A stretch of 64,000 bases of DNA, from contig OZ252021.1 of assembly GCA_965247685.1 (NCBI GenBank), positions 833,271 to 897,270 of the forward strand, given 5' to 3'. A model generated the notes under the pieces. The model was not told the DNA's origin. It saw only the letters and a list, made by a program, of their open reading frames with translations, and made no database searches. Below, piece after piece: positions 19,045 to 27,620 of the stretch. This DNA comes from Bdellovibrionales bacterium. Its GTDB lineage: Bacteria > Bdellovibrionota > Bdellovibrionia > Bdellovibrionales > UBA1609. A program made the translations under genes and the position numbers. The stretch's first letter is position 1. Each line of letters opens with the position of its first letter.

Positions 19045-19130
19045 CAATCATATAGGAAATTGTGGTACTCTCAATAACAAGCGAGTATTCGCACCAGTCT
19101 TAGGCGAAGGAAACTTCGCCTTTGTTTTTT
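19045..19130 (+). ncRNA. tracrRNA: tracrRNA
   Basis: Anti-repeat atcatataggaaattgtggtac (19047-19068) is complementary to repeat nt 10-31, with one G:U and one A:C. The tcaa at 19072-19075 can pair again with repeat nt 4-7 after an internal loop. Small hairpin gcga-gtat-tcgc. Terminator ggcgaagg-aaa-cttcgcc plus T-run (19103-19130). Promoter-like TTGATC-N17-TCTAAT at 19010-19038. Confidence 0.8.
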
Positions 19131-19346
19131 CTATATTAAAAAATAAATCTTTTAATATCTGCATAAAAAGCCCCTTTCCAAAAGATAGGTAATAAGAAGA
19201 AGACTGTACACCTTTTGCACATTCATATTTTTGAGATGGCTGATAATTCAATTGGTCTCTTCCAAGATAAACAGATTTTTTAATAAAAAACTGAATATTT
19301 GTATATACTTTAGAATTTTTCTATAAGATCAAATAAGACTTTTATG

Positions 19347-19382
19347 GTTTTGATTGTACTACAATTTCCCGTAGGTAAAACT
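19347..19382 (+). repeat. Degenerate solo CRISPR repeat next to the tracrRNA
   Basis: gttttgattgTactacaatttccCGtaGgTAaaaCt. The first 23 nt match the repeat except C11T; the 3' third has decayed and the embedded -10 is lost. Confidence 0.7.
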
Positions 19383-19587
19383 TATAGAATCAACAGCCTA
19401 TATACTTTTTTGAATTTTATCACTGATAGAAGTTGATCTGTTTTTGTCACAACTGATCATAACTAAAATTAAAAAAAAATCCCAAATGGAACGATAAAGT
19501 TTTTACTGATTTTGATTAAGAATTTCGTTTCTTATCTTCAGTATATATGCTTTCGTGAGGGTTGCTTAATACCTAAGATCTTAAGTA

Positions 19588-21228
19588 TTAAACTCTATTC
19601 AGTACACTATCGCATTCACGTTCTTGATATAAATCTTCAAGAGCTGCTACAGGCTCTTTTGCGTATGTCAGTAACTTACAAGCCTGAATAAGGTTATTTT
19701 CTTTTCTGTAATATAGATTACTTAATAAATATAAATACAAAGGATTCCTTAATTGAGCAAGTCCTTGAAACAGTTGATGAGCTTCTTTAAATTGCCGTGT
19801 CAAATAAAACTGATGACCCACAACAAATTGTGCTTCTAAATTACCTGCTTGAGCCGCTTCACGTATACGTATATCAAGTCTTTGAATATTTGTAATATTC
19901 TTTTGAACTAAAAACTTCAAAATATTTTTATCTACCTCATTTAGTTCTGGATTTGAACTGGACAATTTGTGGTAAGTATCGAGCAAATCATCTTTGTTTA
20001 CAGGGTTTAAAAAATTGGATAAAATCATATCATTATCTAAGTAAAATATAGCTCTCATCATCAAATCTTTTTTATTTTCTTCATCAGATAATAATTGATA
20101 GTAAAACAATGATTCTTGCTCTTTAATCAAGCTAGCTATACTCTCTTTACTTGTTTTCAAGGAAGACATAAAATTCTCGAAACCATTATTGATAGGAATT
20201 ACATTCAAGTGCCTACACTCTGATGAAGGATGGATAGAGGAGGTAATTCCAATAATTTTCCCATCCTGATTTAAAGCAGGGCTTCCGCTGATTCCAATTA
20301 AAGTCTTACAAGAAGTCATATTATGAGAAACCATAAAAGAAGTGTATAAGGAATTTATTGAAAATGCGTTTGTAGCTTTTATTTTTTGTAAACCCCATTT
20401 TGTAGGGTAACCTAAAATATAATTTGGAACTTCATTCAAGTAATCATCCGCTAAACTTAAAGTAGACCCTGTATAATTTTCCACCTCCAAAACAGCTAGA
20501 TCCATCAAAAGAGACAAATCTCTAACACCTGTGATAAGAAACTTTTGATCTCCTTGCTCAACATAAAAAGGAGTATTAGATGTCTTCTTAAACCAATCTT
20601 GATCAGGAATATTCATTTGAATTAAAAGCCATAGAATGCTTCCAAAAATATGATAATTAGTAACAAATATTGGTTGTTTATTAGAGTCTTTAATGAAGAA
20701 TCCAGATCCGATACCTTCGCTTCTTGTATCAACATCTTCTCTAAATTGCACAATAACTCGTCCAACTCCACTTTGAGTTTTCTCCAGCCATTGTGGAAAG
20801 ATTAATTCTTCTTGGTGATTAGTTTTATCAACTGAGCTAGTTTCTTCTTGCGAAGAAAAATCTTCTGGAGACTCTTCTTTAGGATCGATACAAAACTCTG
20901 AATATCTTCCATTTGAGTGTAATTCTATAAAACAGTCTTTGATATAGGGAGACTGTGTGCTCAACATTTCTAAAGCATTGTTCCGAGGATCAGAGTTATC
21001 TCCTCTTATCTCTATCGAACAGTTTTTAGAATAACCTGTTAATACTTTCTCAATAGAGCATTCTTTTGTATATTCTTGTAATAGAAAAGTTTCCGAGGAA
21101 TTCACTTCCACGATTTCCCCTCCCACTAACTTTTTTTTCCCTTTCAAAGGATCTAAAAGAATCTTGGAGTCATCTGCATAAAGATGAAAGGAAGTCAAAA
21201 ACAACAAAAGACAAATTAAATTTTTCAT
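19588..21228 (-). CDS. Secreted trypsin-like serine protease with C-terminal Sel1/TPR-like repeats
   Basis: 546 aa with a signal peptide. Catalytic-triad contexts VTNYHIF (His), DLAVLEV (Asp) and GISGSPAL (Ser). C-terminal AAQAGNLEAQFVVGHQFY is Sel1-like. Confidence 0.8.
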   Translation of the reverse strand: MKNLICLLLFLTSFHLYADDSKILLDPLKGKKKLVGGEIVEVNSSETFLLQEYTKECSIEKVLTGYSKNCSIEIRGDNSDPRNNALEMLSTQSPYIKDCFIELHSNGRYSEFCIDPKEESPEDFSSQEETSSVDKTNHQEELIFPQWLEKTQSGVGRVIVQFREDVDTRSEGIGSGFFIKDSNKQPIFVTNYHIFGSILWLLIQMNIPDQDWFKKTSNTPFYVEQGDQKFLITGVRDLSLLMDLAVLEVENYTGSTLSLADDYLNEVPNYILGYPTKWGLQKIKATNAFSINSLYTSFMVSHNMTSCKTLIGISGSPALNQDGKIIGITSSIHPSSECRHLNVIPINNGFENFMSSLKTSKESIASLIKEQESLFYYQLLSDEENKKDLMMRAIFYLDNDMILSNFLNPVNKDDLLDTYHKLSSSNPELNEVDKNILKFLVQKNITNIQRLDIRIREAAQAGNLEAQFVVGHQFYLTRQFKEAHQLFQGLAQLRNPLYLYLLSNLYYRKENNLIQACKLLTYAKEPVAALEDLYQERECDSVLNRV

Positions 21229-21336
21229 ACATTATGAATACCATAATAATTACGAAAAAAATATATTCCTAATCTCCTTGTAATAATTACATAGATTTCT
21301 TAAGGACTTTACACCGATGAGCGTACTCAAAAAAAC

Positions 21337-22350
21337 CTACAAGCTAGCTACAGATTGTTCGCATTTTCGCCTTTCTGCTTCTTGAAGAATTTTCCCTGCA
21401 TATGGAAAACTACTTGAAATTGCCATAAATGAAGGTTTTCGATCCTGGTTATCTGGGATGCTCGGATCTGCTCCGAGTTCGAGAAGAGTGGTTATTGTAT
21501 TTTGATGACCTTGTTCAGCTGCATGGTGTAAAGGTGTTTGACCTTTATTATCTTGTTCATTTAGATTTACTCCTTCTCTGTCGAAAAGTCTTATCATATA
21601 TGAACGACCTTTTGTAGCTTCCAAGTGTAGAACTGTTTCACCCTTGTTATTTTTTCTATCCAGATCTGGTTTGTATTTGAAGAAAATTTCTGCCAGAAAT
21701 GAATGACCCTTGTATTGGTGGGCTACGAGTGAAAGTAGGTGTAAAGGTGTTTGGCCCTTGTTATTTTGGCTATTCAGATCTGCTCCATTTTTAGCAAGAT
21801 GGATTGCTATACCTGAGAAGAAATTTCTTACTTGAACTGCACGATGTAAAGGAGTGTTACCTTCGTTATCTTTGATTTTTAAAACTTCTACTAAATCTTC
21901 TACTTCGATTTTTTTGAAGAGATTTTGTAATTCACGTGAACTGCTTGCTTGAGCTAACAGGTGTAAAGGTGTTTGACCCTTGTTATTTTGGCTGTCTAGC
22001 CTTGTTTTGTTGAAGAGAGTTTTTGTTACGAGTGAATGACGTGCTTCAATTGCAAGATGTAAAGGTGTTTGACCTTCATTATCTGGTTTATTCAGAACTG
22101 CTCCATGTTGGAAGAGAACGTTTGCCATACGTGAATTACCTCTTTGAGCTGCTATATGTAAGGCTGTTTGACCCTTGTCATATTTGGTATTTAATAAATC
22201 TCTTACTGTCGAAAGATCTGTTGCTTTAAGAAAAGTATCAATTTTCCGAGCATTTCCTTTTTGAACTAAATCGAAAAATTGATTTTCAAGTTCTTTTGCT
22301 CCTGCATAAGTAGTAAAACATAATATTATTCCGATAACATAAATTTTCAT
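21337..22350 (-). CDS. Secreted ankyrin-repeat protein
   Basis: 337 aa with a signal peptide. Repeated GQTPLHLA/NKGQTPLHLL ANK units, a family distinct from the 69-3609 genes. Confidence 0.9.
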   Translation of the reverse strand: MKIYVIGIILCFTTYAGAKELENQFFDLVQKGNARKIDTFLKATDLSTVRDLLNTKYDKGQTALHIAAQRGNSRMANVLFQHGAVLNKPDNEGQTPLHLAIEARHSLVTKTLFNKTRLDSQNNKGQTPLHLLAQASSSRELQNLFKKIEVEDLVEVLKIKDNEGNTPLHRAVQVRNFFSGIAIHLAKNGADLNSQNNKGQTPLHLLSLVAHQYKGHSFLAEIFFKYKPDLDRKNNKGETVLHLEATKGRSYMIRLFDREGVNLNEQDNKGQTPLHHAAEQGHQNTITTLLELGADPSIPDNQDRKPSFMAISSSFPYAGKILQEAERRKCEQSVASL

Positions 22351-22542
22351 AACTAACCCTTCCAGTTAAATAAATATTATTGAGTGATTTTTTTATCTAT
22401 TAAATAACGAATATAATCAAGTCAATTTAGTACAGTGTAATAATTACATAGACTCATAAAGCTGCAAGAGTAGTTTTAAATAATATTTTGGATTAAAATA
22501 GTTATAATTTGAAAAAATATTTAAAGTTACTTCATCAAATAT

Positions 22543-22581
22543 GTTTCAATTTCACTGCAATTTCCTATCAAGATGTGAAAC
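22543..22581 (+). repeat. Degenerate CRISPR-repeat-like element
   Basis: In gtttcaatttcactgcaatttcctatcaagatgtgaaac, 21 of the first 26 nt match the repeat, including cactNcaatttcctat. Confidence 0.5.
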
Positions 22582-22742
22582 AGGATGGGTCATTAGAGTC
22601 TCCAATGAAGGATCCAGATTCGACACCTTCTTCTTTATAGAAGGATTCATTCTTAAAAAATTAAGAAGAGAACTTTGTTAAAAGCTTCCAGCAAAACTAG
22701 TCATTGTTATTCGCCTAACAGCCATTGATCAGTATAAATACT

Positions 22743-24281
22743 TCAACTATAGCGATCTTCACATTGTTCTTTTTTTTCTAAACAAGATGGGTGGTCAATA
22801 GAATGTTGCCCAGCTTGCTCAATACATTCATAAAAAAACTGATTTTTCTCCTGACATTTTCCATATAAAATAAAATTAAAATGACGAGGACTTAAAAGAG
22901 AGATATTTTTTTCTTTATTAAAAGTACTATTCCATCTCTTCCAATGATTGCTCATAATACTATCTTCACTAGTAAATCTACAATCATAGACTGAATGGGA
23001 ATATTGTCCATAGTTATCAGATATCGCCTTTAGATTTTCTTTTTGAGAATAACTCCTTTCTTCATATTCATCCTCAAGCCCAAATAAGTGCAACATCTCA
23101 TGAAGTATCGAGGGACAGTCGATATTTGAGGAATATTGGAATGTATTAGAGCGATGATGTCTTGACTGAATTTCAATTTTTTCTGATTTCTTTTTTTCAC
23201 AAGTGTCTTTTGGAGATGAAATAATGATATTCAATTTTTCTCCGTTGGGACCTATTAGTTTTGGATTGGCTTTATTCATACATTTTTTTACTTTTGTCAT
23301 ATAATGTTCAGGGATTTGGTCTTGAGGGATACTTCCATCATAATTTTTTCCTGCAACAAAATGCATGTTTAAATTAATAACATAAGATCCGTTTAGTTTT
23401 CTCTGGACTGAGTGGAATGGTGTAACAAGGTATCCATAAGGAAAAATCTTTTTTTCTGATCCAGGTTCTAAAGATTGACATATTTCCAATTCTTGCACTT
23501 TATTTAGAAAGTCTTTTATATCACTTATTCCGGTATTCGTTGTGAAATTTTGAGTTAGGCATATACCACCTTCTATATTAAATGTATCTTGTGGACTAAC
23601 AAAAAGAGCTGTTAAATTTTCAATACGATTTTGGCGGATACGTATATCTTCATCAATAGTTTGACAAACAAAATTGTTTCTACTTTCCTTATTGAGACAT
23701 TCCTGAGGTATCCTTTGTGTTTCTATTTTATTAACTATTCTATTTAAGATTTGTGCAATGCAGTTTACGTCTTTATTTTTGATTTTATTAAAAACCTCAG
23801 AATGAACTTGGTCTGAACCATACCATATACGATTTCTAAACGTATTCTTTGAACAGTGGTTGCAGTCTAGTGCCTCTTGCATTTCTTGGTAACCAATTGG
23901 TGCATCGACTGGATAATAGCCTTTTGGAAATAATGTCATTTCTTCCATTTCTTGATAAGTTTGTTGAGATGCTTCAAGTATACGTGTTGTTGCGTCTTCA
24001 ATGCATTCAGGGGAATTTTTACATAAATTTGCAATATCTTGTTGAAGGTTTTGCTTTATTTTTTGTAATTTTTCCAGATTCTCTTCATAAGGATATTTCT
24101 GAGGAAGTTCTCTTATTCGTTCAATAATATCAGATACATCTAGGAGATCACCTTTTGTTTTCAAAGTAGCGTAGGGTCTCTCGGAGGTTATAGGAATGTA
24201 TATTTTTTGTTCTTCTGCTATGGAAAATGAGGCTTTAGCAGTAATAAATATCAACAGTAATATAGATAGATATTTGTACAT
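22743..24281 (-). CDS. Secreted zinc metalloprotease (HExxH)
   Basis: 512 aa with a signal peptide. ILHEMLHLFGLEDEYE zincin motif. Many Cys residues. Confidence 0.65.
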   Translation of the reverse strand: MYKYLSILLLIFITAKASFSIAEEQKIYIPITSERPYATLKTKGDLLDVSDIIERIRELPQKYPYEENLEKLQKIKQNLQQDIANLCKNSPECIEDATTRILEASQQTYQEMEEMTLFPKGYYPVDAPIGYQEMQEALDCNHCSKNTFRNRIWYGSDQVHSEVFNKIKNKDVNCIAQILNRIVNKIETQRIPQECLNKESRNNFVCQTIDEDIRIRQNRIENLTALFVSPQDTFNIEGGICLTQNFTTNTGISDIKDFLNKVQELEICQSLEPGSEKKIFPYGYLVTPFHSVQRKLNGSYVINLNMHFVAGKNYDGSIPQDQIPEHYMTKVKKCMNKANPKLIGPNGEKLNIIISSPKDTCEKKKSEKIEIQSRHHRSNTFQYSSNIDCPSILHEMLHLFGLEDEYEERSYSQKENLKAISDNYGQYSHSVYDCRFTSEDSIMSNHWKRWNSTFNKEKNISLLSPRHFNFILYGKCQEKNQFFYECIEQAGQHSIDHPSCLEKKEQCEDRYS

Positions 24282-24297
24282 TTAGACACTCTTCGTT

Positions 24298-24984
24298 TTA
24301 TATTTTAAAAATTCCAAATTCAGGATCTATACACTCTATGTCCACTTTTCCTTCAGATATGCACTGGAATTGTTTTTGAGAAAATCTTTTCTGTATCCTT
24401 ATCCATTGAGGAGATATATCCCTTGATGGATCTTGTTTCGGAGCAGGGGCAGGTTTATATAAAGTACGTTGAATAAAGCTGTTATCTCTTGTATAAAAAG
24501 CGCAGTTGACACATTGCCATTTGTTTTCCCATATTTCATATATAAGCTTTTCTAGGGCTTTAAAATCTGAATGGTCTGGATGTATTTTTTCTTTGTTGAT
24601 GTGGATGACAGGGGAATGGGGGTCTGGCTTAGACTGAAACCGCTTGTCTATTTTCATCATTGAAGACAAGGGGACTGTTTTTTGAAAGCGACTGTGAATC
24701 TTTAGCACTTGTTCTTTGAATAACTTTAATTGAGGAGTAATTTCAGATTGAAAGAGTCCTAAGCGGACTTTTTACCTCTCCTTTTGAAAGTTTGAAGTGT
24801 TGACAGCTAACTGCACGGTATTTTGTTTTAAGATAACAGAAATTATATCTTTATTTCTGTAGTGAGATACTTGCCATGCCAGAGCAATAGATTCTTCGGA
24901 GGCATAAACAAGGCAGTGGAAAAATAAAGATAATCCAATCAATAAAATATTTAGATTTTTAGAAAAAATAAAAAGTTTATTCAT
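24298..24984 (-). pseudogene. Secreted hypothetical gene split by a single in-frame TAA
   Basis: ORFs 24772..24984 (signal peptide) and 24298..24708 share a frame. The only stop between them is TAA at 24772-24774; the 21 intervening codons are open. Confidence 0.45.
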
Positions 24985-25208
24985 AATCTCACCTTCTTAT
25001 GTAACATTTTATACCTATATTTTCCTTTTCGGTCTTTTAGCTATTAATTTTAGTAAAAAACGTCGATTAATAAATTGCTAGGTGACTAACTAAACTACCC
25101 TTTATCCTAGATTGAGACACTGTAAGTCATTATAAACACTCATAAAAATAATATCAAATAAAATAAGGTTCATTTCTAATGGTTTATTGACGACAGTAAA
25201 GTATAGAA

Positions 25209-26351
25209 ATGATAATTTTACGAGAACATTTGTTTTTCGATTGGTGGAGTGTTTTTACGGTGTGTTATTGTAGGGTTTCCTCTTATTTTCAGTTTTTGTT
25301 CATTATTCTTATTATGTTCTTATCGGCATACGTACAGTCCGAACCTTGTACCTTTGTCTCAATAGATAATAATAATGTGGATTTGTGTGAAGAGGATTAC
25401 AGAAACAATCTCTTAGAGCAAATGGAGAATCTTATTTGTCCTTTTCCAAATTTGCGGGAGGCAATGGCAGATGAAAGAATGGCTCAAGTTATTGCTGGTA
25501 AAAATGTTTTTCAGACAATCGCAAGCAACGATGTGGTTAGACTGCGGAAGGATGTAGGTCTTTATGTAGCTCTTAATCCTTTGAAAAAAAAGATTCATAA
25601 AACTTATAAAGATTTTTATGAAGTGGTTCACACGGATTTTACTCTTAATATTACAACTTACCCAGCGGAGGTTAAGAAAGATTCTTGTGTAGGTCATAGT
25701 ACTATCGTGAAGAAACCTACTGCTGAAAAGAACTTTGGAGAATTGGAAATATTATTAGAGGAAGGGCAGTTAAAGAGCACTTCAGAGACTTTAGGTGTCA
25801 AGAGAGATATATCGGAGGTTTTTGGAGATTACTTAACAGTGGAGGGAAAAAAGCCTCGTTATTTTGAGCTACGAGAAGATCTAAAAAAAAATGAGGAAGG
25901 GAAGAGAGATATAATAATTATTTGCGAAAATTCAAAAAATTCTTTAGACGAGAGGCTGAGTTTATACTGTGATGGTGATAATAGTGACAAATGTAAGAAA
26001 CAAATGCCTCCTCTATGTTCGGAATGGGATAAAAATAATAATCAGAGTTCAGAAAAGAAAAATATTTGTTCTTCTTGGAATACATTTGAGAAAATATCTG
26101 GAGATTTTTTTCTTCACAACATTACGATGAATCATTTTTGTCCGGATGATTGTTCTTATTATGTGCAATTACTACAGAGAGTTCGTAAGAAAGAGAGTGA
26201 ACATTGTGTAGAAAGCCATGCTATTGTGCATTGTGGCCCTAAGAAAACGGAAGCCAAATACAATTTAAATATTAAGGTAGTAGATGACTTTTGTGAGGAT
26301 TTTAATGTGATGTGTGTCCCTGATAATCTCGATCAAATAGCTTCTCAATAA
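25209..26351 (+). CDS. Cys-rich secreted hypothetical protein
   Basis: 380 aa with a hydrophobic N-terminal segment and many paired cysteines. No recognisable motif. Confidence 0.5.
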   Translation: MIILREHLFFDWWSVFTVCYCRVSSYFQFLFIILIMFLSAYVQSEPCTFVSIDNNNVDLCEEDYRNNLLEQMENLICPFPNLREAMADERMAQVIAGKNVFQTIASNDVVRLRKDVGLYVALNPLKKKIHKTYKDFYEVVHTDFTLNITTYPAEVKKDSCVGHSTIVKKPTAEKNFGELEILLEEGQLKSTSETLGVKRDISEVFGDYLTVEGKKPRYFELREDLKKNEEGKRDIIIICENSKNSLDERLSLYCDGDNSDKCKKQMPPLCSEWDKNNNQSSEKKNICSSWNTFEKISGDFFLHNITMNHFCPDDCSYYVQLLQRVRKKESEHCVESHAIVHCGPKKTEAKYNLNIKVVDDFCEDFNVMCVPDNLDQIASQ

Positions 26352-26509
26352 AAAATTAAATTATATTTAAAAACCTATAGATCAGTTGGTTAGAGTACAT
26401 ACTTAAAAAGGTGAAACTTGTTTTTTTTATCACTTTAGTTTTCTAATTTTTAGGCAGCTTAGAACTAAAATTAACTCAACTTGGAGCTGAAAAATATGAT
26501 CTTAGATAA

Positions 26510-27040
26510 TTATTTTGAACCATTTGTATTTATAGGGAAGCACCAGTTGGGTTTTTGTTTTGTGCCTCCGTCATAAGGATAGGAGAAACCCTTCTTAATC
26601 AAATAATTAGATAGATTAATATTATCAACATAAACATCTGCAACGATTCTAAAATATTTTCCCCTTTGAATATTGAGCAGATCAATTCTTTTTGCAGACT
26701 TTAATAAATCCTCAATTAATTTTTGGGCTTGAAGAGCTTTTTCTTTTTCACAGTCTGTGTTTCCTTGGATCTCTGGAGTATCTACACCGTTGACCCTAAT
26801 GTTTATATTTTCTCCTATGAGAGGGTGGATATCTGGAATGTTAAAAGTGATAGTATCTCCGTCATAATTTCTCACATACTCCACACATCTCAAATTGAAG
26901 TCATCATGAATACAAGCATGGATCTGAGAGTTTTTAGTTCGAGTTGAGGAAGTTGTTTGAGGTTGTAGTGATGAAAGTTTTCTATTTAAGAAAGTGCAGC
27001 CAAAAATAAAAAAAATAACAATAAACAAACTGTATTTCAT
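26510..27040 (-). CDS. Thermonuclease (SNase-like) lipoprotein
   Basis: YDGDTITF...IRVNGVDTPE...RGKYFRIVADVY SNase motifs. The likely start is MKYSLFIVIFFIFGC (lipobox) at 27040 rather than the track start at 27088, which overlaps purE. Confidence 0.8.
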   Translation of the reverse strand: MKYSLFIVIFFIFGCTFLNRKLSSLQPQTTSSTRTKNSQIHACIHDDFNLRCVEYVRNYDGDTITFNIPDIHPLIGENINIRVNGVDTPEIQGNTDCEKEKALQAQKLIEDLLKSAKRIDLLNIQRGKYFRIVADVYVDNINLSNYLIKKGFSYPYDGGTKQKPNWCFPINTNGSK

Positions 27041-27078
27041 AATGTTAATTATATCTCGCTCAATGGATATAGGGAGGC

Positions 27079-27603
27079 TTAATTCCATTGTTTTTTAATT
27101 TGTGCTTGAAAAAGTTTTACGTTCTCGTTGGCTTGCTCTACTTTACTTTGTTGTTTTTTCATGTGTTGCTTTAGTTTTTTTGTGAGATTCGCTTGGGATA
27201 GGCTGAGTATTCTTATGGTCAGAAGTGCGGCATTATGAGCATTATCTATGGCAACAGTAGCTACTGGTATTCCATTTGGCATCTGAACGATAGATAATAA
27301 AGAGTCTAAACCTTTTAATTTTGCACTACAAATAGGAACTCCAATAACAGGCAAAGTGGTGAGAGAAGCCACCATACCAGGTAGATGTGCAGAACCTCCA
27401 GCACCTGCAATGATCACTTGGATACCCTTGTTTTGTGTTTGCAAAGCATATTTTTGCATAGCTTGTGGTGTGCGGTGAGCAGAAATCACCTTGGATTCAT
27501 AAGGAACGTCGAACTGCTCAAGCACTTCAACAGCTTTTTGCATCACGGACCAGTCTGAATCGCTACCCATAATAATAGACACAATCGGCTTTTTTTTAGA
27601 CAT
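27079..27603 (-). CDS. purE: N5-carboxyaminoimidazole ribonucleotide mutase
   Basis: [17 protein letters not shown] and [13 protein letters not shown] motifs. Confidence 0.95.
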   Translation of the reverse strand: MSKKKPIVSIIMGSDSDWSVMQKAVEVLEQFDVPYESKVISAHRTPQAMQKYALQTQNKGIQVIIAGAGGSAHLPGMVASLTTLPVIGVPICSAKLKGLDSLLSIVQMPNGIPVATVAIDNAHNAALLTIRILSLSQANLTKKLKQHMKKQQSKVEQANENVKLFQAQIKKQWN

Positions 27604-27620
27604 AACTTATTCCTAACATA

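Noticed and set aside
19010-19251. ORFs 19010..19192 (+) and 19048..19251 (-) upstream of cas9
   Set aside because: The region is better explained by the tracrRNA gene (anti-repeat, hairpins, terminator). The peptide NHIGNCG is the anti-repeat translated.
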